The notes below the pieces were generated by a model, which was given only the letters and a program-made list of their open reading frames with translations, made no database searches and was not told the DNA's origin. Of a DNA stretch of 64,000 nucleotides, positions 7,926 through 18,150 are shown piece after piece (position 1 is the first letter of the stretch; each line of letters opens with the position of its first letter). The DNA is from a virus (Duplodnaviria; Caudoviricetes), in IMG/VR virus record IMGVR_UViG_2814123113_000001, positions 1 through 64,000 of that record. One strand, written 5' to 3'. The translations under genes were made by a program, and so were the position numbers.

Positions 7926-10900
7926 TTAGGAGTTTTCGGAGATCAGGATGCGCACGTCGGCGAAGGCGACATGCCCGGCCGAGTCACGGGCGGTGACGCG
8001 CCAATAGCCGTCCAGCGTCTGGCCAAGCGCCGTGATCGAGCCCGTGAACGCGACCGCGTCGCCCGTAGTCGACGACGGCGAGAAGCTCGCCCCGGACAGA
8101 TAGGCCCAGCTGTAGGTCACCGTACCGTCGCCGCCCGACGTGGTGGCCGTGACGGTGTCCGTTGTCGCCGAGCCCGTGCCGAAGCGGTTACCTGAGACCA
8201 GGGGCGTCGACAGGTTGACCTCAAAGCCGCCGCTGCCGCCGCCGGTCGGCACGGCCGAACCGCCGAGATAGGGCGCTGTCTTGGCCAGGTAGAAATAGGC
8301 GTTTGACCGGCTGGCGGCCCAGTGACCGATCCCGTTCGGCCCGAACCACAACAGCAGATCCGAGCTTGCCCCGAACGCCTCACCCCAGGCCTGGATGTAC
8401 GCGGCAGAGCCCAGATCGCTGCGCAGCGTGTCGCTGGCGTCGTCAAGCACCGTGTTGTCGCCGAAATAGATCTTGGCCGCCGACAGGGCGATGTTTGAGC
8501 CGCCCAGGCTGTCGCTATAGAGCGCCAGGCGCGCCGGCCGGCCGCCCGACGCCGCCGCCTCGACCACGAACCGCGCCACCGCGACCTTGCTGGCCACATC
8601 GGCCAGGGTTGAGGCCTGCGACGAGACCGTCGCCGACAGGCCGGTCACATTGGATTGCAGCGTCGTGATCTGTGAGGCCGCCGCCGACACGTTGGTGGTG
8701 AGAACCGAAAGGCTCGAGTCTGCGGAGGCCTTGTTGGCCGCCACCGTGGCGTCGAGCGATGTGTATTGCGTCGAGAGCGCGCTGACGTCGCTGGCCACCG
8801 TCAACAGCCCAGCGTCCGCGCTGGCCTTGTTGGCCGCCACGGTCGACTCCAGGGCCGCCAGGCTCGCCGCCGTGGCGCTGGTGGCGTTGGAAACGCTGAT
8901 CAGCGTGGCCGAGGCGCTGGCCTTGAAGCCGTTATAGTCGGTCGAGACCGTCGCCAGGTTGGCCGCCACGGTGCTGGTGGCGGTCGAAATGCTGATCAGC
9001 TCGGCCGAGGTCGTGGCTTTGAAGCCGTTGTAGTCGGTGGCCAGCACGGTGCGCTGATAGGCCTCGGCCGAGATCGCCGTCTGCCGCGCCACGGCCTCGC
9101 TGGCGATGGCGGCGGTGTTGTTTCCGACCACGACGTTGGTGTCGATCAGCACCTGACGCTGTTCGGCGATCACCTCGCCCAGCGGCTTGCCCGACAGCAC
9201 CTGGCGCAGGATCGCCTCAAACGCCTTCAGGTCGCCCAGCGCCTTCATCCGCGCGTCCAGGATATCGAGCTGCGCCTTGCGGGAGGCAGCCTCAATCGCC
9301 CCGACCTGTTCGGCGATGATATCGACACCGTTGCCAGCTTGAGACACACCCTCCGCAAGCGCGTCGATCACCTTCTCGATCGCGCGCCCATCGCGACGGA
9401 CGACGACAGCGCCACCCAGCGTCGGAGGGCGGCTCACGCCCGTGCGATAAGCCGGAATGGGCTCATCGCCTACGCTTTGCAGCGCCTCGGCGTAGGGCAC
9501 GCAGGTGATCGAGGCCTTGAGGCCCTCCTTTGGCGCAATGCGATCGACAACGACATCGAGCAGCTCGACGGCATGATCGAAGACCGTGACCTGATCTCCC
9601 GGCAAGGGCTGGTCGCCAATCGACGGGATCGGCGCAGCGAACCAGACGATGTCGGACTGCCCAGGCAAGGTCTCCAGTGGGAAGACCTCAAGCGCCGCAT
9701 CGGCCGAGGGGCGCCACGCCAGATCATAGGACCGCCCCGCGACCATGGTGACCAGCTCGTCCAGGCGCAGCCCCTTCAGCGAAGGATCGCTTTCATCGGT
9801 GACGCGGGCTCGAACGCGGCCGGTGATCTCGCCGACCAGAGCGACATGGTGAGCAAGCCACGCACGGTCGCCCTCGCGGATCGTCAGGTACTCGACATCT
9901 TGCTCGAAGCTGAACTTCTCCGGTCGCAACACACGCTCGGCCAGCATGCGAGCACCCTCGAGGACGACAGCGTCCGCATCGACCTTGTCGCGCACCTCGA
10001 CCCGCTCATACTTATCGGCCGTGTCGAGGTCATAGAACGTGCCGTCAGGCTTTTGCCCGAACACCGTCACGACATCGTCGGCGAAGTCCTTCTCGGCGTT
10101 GGCGAACCGCACGCGAAGCGCATGGACCGGCGCCGGATAGACCAGATCACCCCGGAACCCCGACACATTGCGCGGCGTGAACATCTGGCGAGGCAGCGGC
10201 TTTTCCCAATCGACGACGACGGACAGAGCCCCATAGTCCAGCGTCGGCCGCGCCCGCCCGGCGGCTGCCGTTCGCTGGAGCAGTTCACCGACCGACATTT
10301 CGCTGGCCTCAGCCAGATCGCACATCCAGCCCTGCTGTTCACAGGTGGCCCGCCAATCCGCGATAGCGGCAAAGGCGCGCTCATCGTCGTCCAGCTCGAC
10401 ATCCGACATCGGCGGATAGCTGGCGGCCAGGAACAGGTCGGCAGGATTGCGGCTGACGATCAGATCGCCAGGCCCCGTCGCCGTCGCCTCGGGCACGATG
10501 CTGGTGGCGATGAAGTTGAAGTCGTTAGGGACGCCGTTCAACTGGTCACTGGCCTGCAATTCCAGCTCGATCCACGGCTTGGACGCCAGATCGCGAACCG
10601 GCGCCTCGTCGCGGAACGAACGGATGCAGATCCAGGTCAGCTCGTCGCTGATCTTGGGATTGTTGCTTTCCTCGTTGGTGATGCGGCGCACATGCACGTC
10701 GTACTGGCCGCGCGCGACCGGCCATTCCCAGCCCAAGCGATAGCTGTCCAGCTTGTCGCGCGTGAAAGTCAGAAGACCGCCCGCGCCCGCAAAAGGACAC
10801 GGCGCCGCCGACGACGGATCACCGCCGCGAGGTCCATAGCGGAACTCGAACGTCACGCTCCGGTTCTTGGGGTTCCCGCTGCTTTCCTTGGTTTCGAAGA

Positions 10901-11753
10901 GGCCCGCCATGAAGGCGACATCGATCGACAGGGCGTCGCTTTCCAGCGGCGCGGCCCGGGTGATCCATCCCGAGGCCTGCTTCACGGGAAGCGCGAGGCT
11001 ATCCTCGGCAGGCGTTCGCTGAAACCAGATCGGCTCCAAACCCTCGTCATGGCGCGTCGACCAGCGGACATTGACGCCCTCGAAGCTGGCAAGATCGGTC
11101 TGGCCAATCCGCGCGCCCTCATGATCCACCCACGTCACGCAGGGTTGGAACATCTGACGCAGATAGACCGTGTTGTTGACCGTGACCGTGTACCAGTTCG
11201 CGCAACGCGGCGGATAGATCCGCCGACGCCCCATGATGATCGGGATCGCCTCATGCGGTCGCGCGGCGTTCGATCCGGCGTCCAGCGAATAGCGCTGCTC
11301 GCGACCCGCGACCTCAGGCTGTTTGATCGGCGCGATGGCGTTGACGGCGATCATGCCGCCGACATTGACAGCCGCTGTCGCACCAGCGGCCGCCAAGCCC
11401 GACAAGCCGATCGCGCCAGGAACCCAGACCGACAGCGCGATGACAGCGATCTGCAACAGGGTGCGAACGGCGTTCGACCCTGCCATCGGCGCAACCTCGA
11501 GCACGACCGTGTCATCGGCGCGAGGCCGCAAGCCGGACCAATCGCCTGCTGAAACCTTGACGCCGGAGACGGAGATCCGAACCCAAGGCCGCAGGGCCGG
11601 GTCCAGCGTGCCAGAGACCTCAAGCGAGACCACCATCTCCGCCAGGCTCAAACCCTCGGGCAACGCGTGCAGGCTGACCTCTTCCTCGCGCGCGAGCGGG
11701 CGAGGCGAGACCACCAGCGAGGTCTTGCGATCCATCAGGGCGTCAACCGCCAT
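7926..11753 (-). CDS. Tail tip / host-specificity protein (TipJ-like, with gpI-like N-terminal domain)
   Basis: 1275 aa; IPIIMGRRRIYP, SRNPA, coiled-coil repeats near the C-terminus; follows NlpC/P60. Confidence 0.85.
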   Translation of the reverse strand: MAVDALMDRKTSLVVSPRPLAREEEVSLHALPEGLSLAEMVVSLEVSGTLDPALRPWVRISVSGVKVSAGDWSGLRPRADDTVVLEVAPMAGSNAVRTLLQIAVIALSVWVPGAIGLSGLAAAGATAAVNVGGMIAVNAIAPIKQPEVAGREQRYSLDAGSNAARPHEAIPIIMGRRRIYPPRCANWYTVTVNNTVYLRQMFQPCVTWVDHEGARIGQTDLASFEGVNVRWSTRHDEGLEPIWFQRTPAEDSLALPVKQASGWITRAAPLESDALSIDVAFMAGLFETKESSGNPKNRSVTFEFRYGPRGGDPSSAAPCPFAGAGGLLTFTRDKLDSYRLGWEWPVARGQYDVHVRRITNEESNNPKISDELTWICIRSFRDEAPVRDLASKPWIELELQASDQLNGVPNDFNFIATSIVPEATATGPGDLIVSRNPADLFLAASYPPMSDVELDDDERAFAAIADWRATCEQQGWMCDLAEASEMSVGELLQRTAAAGRARPTLDYGALSVVVDWEKPLPRQMFTPRNVSGFRGDLVYPAPVHALRVRFANAEKDFADDVVTVFGQKPDGTFYDLDTADKYERVEVRDKVDADAVVLEGARMLAERVLRPEKFSFEQDVEYLTIREGDRAWLAHHVALVGEITGRVRARVTDESDPSLKGLRLDELVTMVAGRSYDLAWRPSADAALEVFPLETLPGQSDIVWFAAPIPSIGDQPLPGDQVTVFDHAVELLDVVVDRIAPKEGLKASITCVPYAEALQSVGDEPIPAYRTGVSRPPTLGGAVVVRRDGRAIEKVIDALAEGVSQAGNGVDIIAEQVGAIEAASRKAQLDILDARMKALGDLKAFEAILRQVLSGKPLGEVIAEQRQVLIDTNVVVGNNTAAIASEAVARQTAISAEAYQRTVLATDYNGFKATTSAELISISTATSTVAANLATVSTDYNGFKASASATLISVSNATSATAASLAALESTVAANKASADAGLLTVASDVSALSTQYTSLDATVAANKASADSSLSVLTTNVSAAASQITTLQSNVTGLSATVSSQASTLADVASKVAVARFVVEAAASGGRPARLALYSDSLGGSNIALSAAKIYFGDNTVLDDASDTLRSDLGSAAYIQAWGEAFGASSDLLLWFGPNGIGHWAASRSNAYFYLAKTAPYLGGSAVPTGGGSGGFEVNLSTPLVSGNRFGTGSATTDTVTATTSGGDGTVTYSWAYLSGASFSPSSTTGDAVAFTGSITALGQTLDGYWRVTARDSAGHVAFADVRILISENS

Positions 11754-12225
11754 AAACGTAAGCCCCCTCCAACCGGGACCCCCAGAACGCCTCGCCGGGC
11801 TCAGCCTCGTCGAGCGAGGCCGTGCGCGCGCCGCAGCCCTTCTGGGTGTGAATGAACCGTCGGCCGCCCAAGGACGTGCCGACATGCGTGGGAAGCCCAG
11901 CCACCAGAAACAGCAGCAGGGCGAAGCGCGGATAGCCGTTCTCGTCGGGCTCAACGCGGCGCCAGAGCGAGGCCTGAGCCCGCACGAAGGCGGCGATGTC
12001 TTCGGCGTCTCGACGATCGACGCCGCGGTAAAGATCGTCAGGCTCAGGCACCCGCACGCCAAGCTCGTGCTCCAGGATCAGGTAGTGCTGACCCCGGCAG
12101 TCACAGCCCCGGAACGACCGCCCATGCTCCACGAACGGGACCGGCATGTAGCGAGCGATCCAGGCGTCATCGCCCGCGATCGTCGGCGCGCGGCGAACGG
12201 CGTTCGCCCCTTTTGGCGGCTTCAT
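11743..12225 (-). CDS. NlpC/P60 tail-associated peptidase (gpK-like)
   Basis: PFVEHGRSFRGCDC, THVG and FIH catalytic motifs. Confidence 0.85.
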   Translation of the reverse strand: MKPPKGANAVRRAPTIAGDDAWIARYMPVPFVEHGRSFRGCDCRGQHYLILEHELGVRVPEPDDLYRGVDRRDAEDIAAFVRAQASLWRRVEPDENGYPRFALLLFLVAGLPTHVGTSLGGRRFIHTQKGCGARTASLDEAEPGEAFWGSRLEGAYVYGG

Positions 12226-12731
12226 CCGGCGCGCAGGTGCCGATAGGTGTCCGGCGAGAAGCTGCCGCCCGCCCGACGGTCTACAAAGCTGGGCATGCGC
12301 AGCTCGCCGGTGATCGTCGTCTCGGCGTAGCTCAAACCCGCCAACCGCAGCCGCGTCGTCCGCTGCTCGATCACGTCGGGCGCGATAACGCGCACCAGCT
12401 CAAACCGTACGCGCGCCCAATCGGGCAACCCGCGCAAAGCCGCCAGCAACAAAGGCTCGTCGGTGCCGTCCTGGGCTACGACATTGTTGATCGTGAACTT
12501 CGCGCCGCTGAACGGATTGTCAGGGCCGTTTTCCGGCCACGACAGAGCGAACGGATAGGCGATGAACTCACGTTCCTGGCTGGTCAGCCGATAGCCTTCC
12601 TCGGCGACATTGCAGACGTAGATCGGCGCATCGAACGTCGGATGCTCCAACGTCACCAGCTCGACCAGGATATCCGAGGATCCGTCACCCTTTACGGAGG
12701 CGTGAACCGCATTGCTGGTCACGGCCGCCAC
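12222..12731 (-). CDS. DUF1833-like tail protein
   Basis: LVTLEHPTFD, FIAYPF and SFSP motifs; position between distal tail and NlpC/P60. Confidence 0.75.
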   Translation of the reverse strand: MAAVTSNAVHASVKGDGSSDILVELVTLEHPTFDAPIYVCNVAEEGYRLTSQEREFIAYPFALSWPENGPDNPFSGAKFTINNVVAQDGTDEPLLLAALRGLPDWARVRFELVRVIAPDVIEQRTTRLRLAGLSYAETTITGELRMPSFVDRRAGGSFSPDTYRHLRAG

Positions 12732-13075
12732 TCCAGCCGAACGCTGACGCGCCAGTCAGGCTTCCAGGGCTCATAGGAGGGCGGCGCATCCCGAACGAAC
12801 CGCGCCAGAACCGTCTGCTGCTCGACCGGATGATACCAGTCGAACCACACACCGCCACCAGCCGCCTCGCCGAAATAGAACCCACTGAACCACTGCCGCT
12901 CGGCCGACGTCATCTTGTAGACGGCATCAACAGTATGGCTTGCCGCCGTGGTCGTGCGACGCTGCTTCGCCGGTCCTGCGTCAACGTCGGAGCGCTGGAC
13001 CAGGGTTGGGAAGGTGTCGCGAAACCCATCGGCGAGCACGCGCCCCTTGTCCGCCGGCCATGCCGGAGCGGTCAT
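12719..13075 (-). CDS. Distal tail / gpM-like protein
   Basis: RSDVDAGPAKQRR and GGVWFDWYHP; follows the tape measure gene. Confidence 0.75.
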   Translation of the reverse strand: MTAPAWPADKGRVLADGFRDTFPTLVQRSDVDAGPAKQRRTTTAASHTVDAVYKMTSAERQWFSGFYFGEAAGGGVWFDWYHPVEQQTVLARFVRDAPPSYEPWKPDWRVSVRLEWRP

Positions 13076-13076
13076 A

Positions 13077-15635
13077 TCAACCTCCGTTCAATCTGGGGCG
13101 GATGCCGAACTTCGACTGGAACGCGCTGTCCATCGAGCCGTCGAACATCTCGCGCTTGCCTTTGGAGACCCGGCTGTCGATCAGTTCGACCAGGTCAATG
13201 TCCAGACGCCGACCGCCCGCGCCATCGTCACGCTCGGTCGCCGTGGCTTGCAGAGGCATCGGCGCGTTGTTGTTCAGCGAGACGGAGACAGGCCGCTCGC
13301 CGCCGTGACGCGAGGACACGGAGCTATCGGCGATCTCGCGCGCCGTCCGCGCCGCGTCCATGACGTAGCTGTCCCTCGAGAAGGCCGCGATACGCTCGAA
13401 GCCTTGCTCATGGATTGGCCGGACATCGCCGCGATAGACCGGGCCACCACCCGCACGACCCTTGCTGAGTTGCGCCACCAGGTTCGCGCCGCCGAGATCC
13501 GCAGCCGACGCCGCCGAGATCCGAGGCGCGCCAAGAGCCCCACCCAAGGCCGTACCCACGCCGCTGATCAGGGTGTTCAAGAAACCCCCGCCACCGCCGC
13601 CGTTGACGCTGCGCATCAGCGCGTCGACCATCGGCTTGATGACCAGCATCTGGATCACGACGTGCTCCAGTGAAGCCACGATCATCTTGCCGACATCGGC
13701 GAAGACATCGCCCAAGGTCCCGGCATTGAGGGTTGCATCGACGATGCCGTCGTTCAGCATTTTGAAGCCATCGACCGCGACAGCCTGCAGACTCTCCTTC
13801 ACCTCGGCATTGGTTCGCACCAGCCGGTCGGCATAGCTTTCCAGCGGCCCCATCGTGCCGCGCTCGACCGATCCACGCTGAGCGTCGAACAGACGCTGCT
13901 GATCATTCCGGCGAGCGTCCTTCCAGGCCTCGTCATGCGCGCCGTCGGCGGCGAGAGCCCGCTCCAGCTCGGCCTTGGCGATCTTCTGCTGGCTTTCCAG
14001 GATCTCCAGCTCGATCGCGCGGCGCTCCTCGGCGGTCCGCGCGCCGGCCGAAGCCAGGCCGAGAAGCTGCTGGGTCACCTCCGCCAGAGCCTTTTCGTCC
14101 GCCAGGCGTCGCTGCTGCGTATCGTCGAACGCGCGCCGCTGGAGCACTTCACGCTCAGCCGCATAGGCGTCCGCTTCCGCCCGCTTCAGCTCGGCGACCT
14201 TCAGCTTGTCCAGCCGGCCCTCGGCCGCGTCACGGTCGATTTCCGCCATGCGGCGCGCCTGAGCGTCATCCAGGGCCGCCAGCTCGGTTTCGAGCATCTG
14301 CTCCAGCGTGCCAGCATATTGGCGTTGCGCCGCCAGCTCGCGCGCGTCTGCGGCGGCGATGGCCGACGTGGTGCGCGCTGACGCTTCAAGAGCCCGCTTC
14401 CGCTCACGCTGAGCATTGGCGGCCGCGCGCGCCGCGTCCTCCTCGGCGCCAACCGAACCAAGCTGACCGGTTCCCTTTGGACGATCACCTTGCTTGGAGC
14501 CGTCTGCACCAGATCGACGGTCCGCAACCGCGCCGCCATCGTCGGCAGGGAAATCCTTGGCGTCGCCATAGAACTGGTCGAGGTACAGCTTGTTGAAGCC
14601 CAGCTTCTCCAGAGAGCCCTTGCTGATGCCCTGGAAGAAGTCCTCGACCTTGTTCAGAAACTTCCAAGTGACCTCGAACGAGAGCTTTACGGAAGGCCGG
14701 CTCGCAATCCAGTCGTCGATCAACGACTTGAGAGACGTCAGCTCCTGAGCGAACTGACCAGCGCTCTTTGCACCATCGACCATCGCCCCACTCATCGACA
14801 CCAGCAGCGGAGCCGCCTCGATCAGGGCTGTGTTGAGCTGCACATCAATAACCTGCTTAAGATCTTCAAGCTGATCCGCAGCATCCCCAGCCTTGGCGAT
14901 GACCTCGTCACTCATCACCCAACCGAGGTCACGGGCGCGCTGGAAAAGCTCGGCCATGCCATCCGCACCCTCCCGCAAGAGGGGGATCATCGGACCTAGC
15001 CCAAGCTTCTCGGCGATTGCCTGACGCTGACGCTCGTTGCCCAGGTTGGCGACGCGCTCGGCCACCGCGCGCAGAGCCTCGTCGACATCCTTGAACGACT
15101 TGATGTCCTGTCGCGAGAAGCCAAGCTGCTTGAATGCGGCGAGTGACTTTTTATAGCCCGCTTCGGCCAAGCCGAGCGTCTTGGTAAAGCCACCGATTGC
15201 GGCGTCAGCGTCACCGGCCTCACCGCCCACCTTGATCATCGCGAAGCGGTATTCTTGCAACATGCCAGCGCCTACGCCGAGCTTCTGCGAAGCGTCGCCG
15301 ATCGCATCGCCGTAGGCGACAGCGCCCTCGATCGCCGTCTTTGCATAGCCGGCCGCCAAGCCGAGAGCCGCTGCGCCCGCCGATATGAAGAGACCGTACT
15401 TGCCGAAGGACTCCGCAACGCTGCCGAACGCACCAGTGCTCGCTGCTAGATCATCGACCTTATCCTTGACGGCGCCGACACCGCGCGACACCGCAACAAG
15501 GTGGGGCGGCAGAGCCGAAGCCTCCCGACGCATTTCTTTGAAGGATTTCGCGCCCTTTGCACCGAAATCTTCAATACCGCGGGTGGCGGCCTGACCGCCC
15601 TCAAGGCCGAGGCGGACGGCGACATCAATCGTCAT
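13077..15635 (-). CDS. Tail tape measure protein
   Basis: ~850 aa helical Ala-rich protein after the chaperones; C-terminal RAGGGPV...EQGFE motif. Confidence 0.9.
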   Translation of the reverse strand: MTIDVAVRLGLEGGQAATRGIEDFGAKGAKSFKEMRREASALPPHLVAVSRGVGAVKDKVDDLAASTGAFGSVAESFGKYGLFISAGAAALGLAAGYAKTAIEGAVAYGDAIGDASQKLGVGAGMLQEYRFAMIKVGGEAGDADAAIGGFTKTLGLAEAGYKKSLAAFKQLGFSRQDIKSFKDVDEALRAVAERVANLGNERQRQAIAEKLGLGPMIPLLREGADGMAELFQRARDLGWVMSDEVIAKAGDAADQLEDLKQVIDVQLNTALIEAAPLLVSMSGAMVDGAKSAGQFAQELTSLKSLIDDWIASRPSVKLSFEVTWKFLNKVEDFFQGISKGSLEKLGFNKLYLDQFYGDAKDFPADDGGAVADRRSGADGSKQGDRPKGTGQLGSVGAEEDAARAAANAQRERKRALEASARTTSAIAAADARELAAQRQYAGTLEQMLETELAALDDAQARRMAEIDRDAAEGRLDKLKVAELKRAEADAYAAEREVLQRRAFDDTQQRRLADEKALAEVTQQLLGLASAGARTAEERRAIELEILESQQKIAKAELERALAADGAHDEAWKDARRNDQQRLFDAQRGSVERGTMGPLESYADRLVRTNAEVKESLQAVAVDGFKMLNDGIVDATLNAGTLGDVFADVGKMIVASLEHVVIQMLVIKPMVDALMRSVNGGGGGGFLNTLISGVGTALGGALGAPRISAASAADLGGANLVAQLSKGRAGGGPVYRGDVRPIHEQGFERIAAFSRDSYVMDAARTAREIADSSVSSRHGGERPVSVSLNNNAPMPLQATATERDDGAGGRRLDIDLVELIDSRVSKGKREMFDGSMDSAFQSKFGIRPRLNGG

Positions 15636-15978
15636 CTTCGGAAGTCTCCGGAACGCCCTTACGCGCGCCAACCTCTAGAGCGGCGAGCAGAGGACGAACT
15701 TGGTTCCAGGGCGCCAGGGCCGGATCGTGGATTACTTGACAGGCCGGCCAATCGAGCGACGGCCTTCGATCCTTGAAGCGAGGATGTGCGGGTTGCCGCC
15801 ACGCCCCCGCCTGCCCAGCGATCGCAAACGCCGCCCGCTCGGCACTATGGATCGGCCGGTTCGCATCTTCAGGGCAGCCCGTCGTTTCGCGACAAGGCCG
15901 CCCCATCTGCCGACATCCGCGACAGTGTTCGCCGCCACCGCCGAACAGATACTCAGCGAGGGCGGCTACTCTTTTTTT
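15625..15978 (-). CDS. T portion of the G-T tail assembly chaperone, reached by -1 frameshift
   Basis: Frame is open from the A7 slippery run at 15972-15978 to the stop at 15625. Confidence 0.7.
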   Translation of the reverse strand, partial: KKRVAALAEYLFGGGGEHCRGCRQMGRPCRETTGCPEDANRPIHSAERAAFAIAGQAGAWRQPAHPRFKDRRPSLDWPACQVIHDPALAPWNQVRPLLAALEVGARKGVPETSEDDD

Positions 15979-16406
15979 GACTTGATCAAACCGTCCGATG
16001 CGGCGTCGACCGCCTGGCGAAACAGCGTCAGGTTACCCTCTAGCCGCAGCAGCGGGGCAAGGACTGCGCGCGTGGGCGCACTAGATCCGTTTGACGACCT
16101 GATCGCACTGACGATTTCGACCGCCAGCTCGCTGTACAGCATGTGCGCGAACGCGATCTCCCACGTATCGCTGTCTTCAATGACATCCCGCACATCGCTG
16201 CCCGACCATCCATAGGTCTCAGCAGCCTTTACGATCGCATCACGCCCCTCGACGACACGCGCGACCCTTGAACGAGCTTTTGACCAGTCAGGGCTTTCGG
16301 GGGGGCGAAGGGTGAGCACGACGCCGAGATTGAGGTTGACGTCGCGCGGAGCGTCGTCAACCTCAAGCCCGAGATCCGCCAGAGCCTCTTTGTCAGCCTT
16401 GCGCAT
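15966..16406 (-). CDS. Tail assembly chaperone (gpG-like)
   Basis: Between tail tube and tape measure; ends TCA AAA AAA GAG TAG. Confidence 0.8.
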   Translation of the reverse strand: MRKADKEALADLGLEVDDAPRDVNLNLGVVLTLRPPESPDWSKARSRVARVVEGRDAIVKAAETYGWSGSDVRDVIEDSDTWEIAFAHMLYSELAVEIVSAIRSSNGSSAPTRAVLAPLLRLEGNLTLFRQAVDAASDGLIKSKKE

Positions 16407-16409
16407 GGA

Positions 16410-17390
16410 TCAGTACGACGCCACGCCGTTGCCCAGCTCGATCGTGACGGCCGGCGTATCGGCGTCCTGCGAAGCGCCGAAGTTAAAGCTCGCCGAGGTC
16501 TGACCGCCGCCCGAAACTTCACGCTGCGGCTTGCTGACTTGGACGCCGGCCGTCGCGATGCGGAAGAAACGGTTCTCCTCATCGTCAGGATGGGTCGCCT
16601 CCAGCGTCAGGACGCCGACATCGTCGGTGTCGGCGAAGTCGCGGAACGCCTTGCCCTGGCCATAGAGGCGGAAGCTGCCACTCGGATCGATTTCGCCGAA
16701 ATGGTGGAATGACGGCCACTCGTCACCGTCCAGACCGTTCACGCGCTCGACACCGAGGTTGAGATTGACGTCGATATTCAGGGCCGTGCCGATCGCGACA
16801 TCATTCCACAGCACGCGCCAACGCCAGTCGGAAAAGTCATCCGCCGCCGCAGCAGCAGCGACCGTACCGGCCGGCCAGGCTTCGCCCTCGACCTCGCCAA
16901 GGCCAACCATCGTCATGTTGAAGCGTGCAGCCTGGTCGGTCTTCGCCGCAGAGATCGACAGCTCGGCGACGGCGGCTCCGATATCGGTCGAGACATCGCC
17001 GGTTTCCCAAAGGTGCGACAGGCTCAGGGTCTGGGTCGGATTGCCGCCCGACGTGAAGGCATGGACGTAATCGCCATTGGCGCCGGTCGGCGCCGCACGC
17101 GCCATAGCCGCCGAAAGCCAGTATCCAGCCTCCGTCAGGTTGATCGGCGTCGTACGACGCAGAGACCCGCCCGGCAGACCCTTACGGCGCTTGGTGGCGT
17201 CACGCGCGTTGTTCATGGCCAGGCCGAGCTGGTCATCTTTCACCAGCGGACGATCCATGCCGGCGGTGAGCGTGTAGAAGCGCACGGGCTTCCAGCCCGA
17301 GGTCGCAAGAACGCCAGCCGTCGCCTCAAAGGCCAAACGGGTCTGGACGGCGCGGCCGCGCGATTGCGACTGCAAGATGGTGGCGGTCAT
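16410..17390 (-). CDS. Major tail tube protein
   Basis: 326 aa, LAFEATAG N-terminus, IELGNGVASY C-terminus; position. Confidence 0.85.
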   Translation of the reverse strand: MTATILQSQSRGRAVQTRLAFEATAGVLATSGWKPVRFYTLTAGMDRPLVKDDQLGLAMNNARDATKRRKGLPGGSLRRTTPINLTEAGYWLSAAMARAAPTGANGDYVHAFTSGGNPTQTLSLSHLWETGDVSTDIGAAVAELSISAAKTDQAARFNMTMVGLGEVEGEAWPAGTVAAAAAADDFSDWRWRVLWNDVAIGTALNIDVNLNLGVERVNGLDGDEWPSFHHFGEIDPSGSFRLYGQGKAFRDFADTDDVGVLTLEATHPDDEENRFFRIATAGVQVSKPQREVSGGGQTSASFNFGASQDADTPAVTIELGNGVASY

Positions 17391-17413
17391 GAGCGAGGCT
17401 CCAGGGTCAGGAC

Positions 17414-17686
17414 TTAGAGGTCGATGACACGGCCAGCGATGGCGATGTCGGTTTCAGTGGCGGCGCGGGCGTCTTGCCTGGCGATCAGGGCGGAGATGGC
17501 CGTCGGCGCGCCCCGCACGACGCCACCGCGGCGAACGCCGTTCGTCGCCCGCAACAGCACGGCATGGGCCGCCGCAGGTGCGACGCCGACGGTCGGGGCC
17601 GGGACGTTCGGAAAGGCTTGAGACTTGCCTTCCGCTTCAGGCGCGGCTTCGTGCTCGGCTTCCGCCGATTTGGCAATCTTGGTCAT
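17414..17686 (-). CDS. Hypothetical protein
   Basis: GAGG RBS; ORF in the late operon. Confidence 0.65.
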   Translation of the reverse strand: MTKIAKSAEAEHEAAPEAEGKSQAFPNVPAPTVGVAPAAAHAVLLRATNGVRRGGVVRGAPTAISALIARQDARAATETDIAIAGRVIDL

Positions 17687-17694
17687 GGATAACC

Positions 17695-18150
17695 TCAGTC
17701 GATCGGAGAATGACCCGCGTAGGTGACGCGGACGGGGATGACGACAGCCGAAGACTTGGCGTCGTAGGCGAAGCGATGGTTCTCGAAATTCGGCGGCCCG
17801 ATGACCAGCGCGCGCGCGAGGCCACCCAGGGTACGATCGGCATGCAAGGCCGTCTGGATCGCCGCCAGACCCGCGCTGAAGCGAGCGGCGCGATGACCAT
17901 CATCCGCGCGCCGCACGATATACTCCACATGGTAGACCTGAGCGAACTCGACCTCGACCAGATCCTCGCCCAGGCCGAGCACCTCGTTGAGGATTTGCGG
18001 CGGCGCAGGAGCCTTGACGACGTTGAGCCACTCGCCGCCCCAGTCCTCGCTGAGGGCCTCGCCGTTGCGAACCACGACGTCGGGAAAGGCTAGCGCGAGG
18101 GCCGCGACGATTGCGCCCTGACCCGTGATGATCTTGCTCAAGTTCCCCAT
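17695..18150 (-). CDS. Tail terminator-like protein
   Basis: ALHADRTLGGLA motif; position before the tube gene. Confidence 0.7.
   Translation of the reverse strand: MGNLSKIITGQGAIVAALALAFPDVVVRNGEALSEDWGGEWLNVVKAPAPPQILNEVLGLGEDLVEVEFAQVYHVEYIVRRADDGHRAARFSAGLAAIQTALHADRTLGGLARALVIGPPNFENHRFAYDAKSSAVVIPVRVTYAGHSPID

Noticed and set aside
8766-11552. Long plus-strand ORFs opposite real genes (also 32844-34397, 35601-36893, 56648-58276)
   Set aside because: Typical high-GC antisense shadow frames with no recognisable motifs
7926-12062. Extended N-termini given by the ORF track (also endolysin, Rz, tape measure, portal, initiator, cI)
   Set aside because: They overlap upstream genes; downstream starts with an RBS or stop-start coupling were chosen instead
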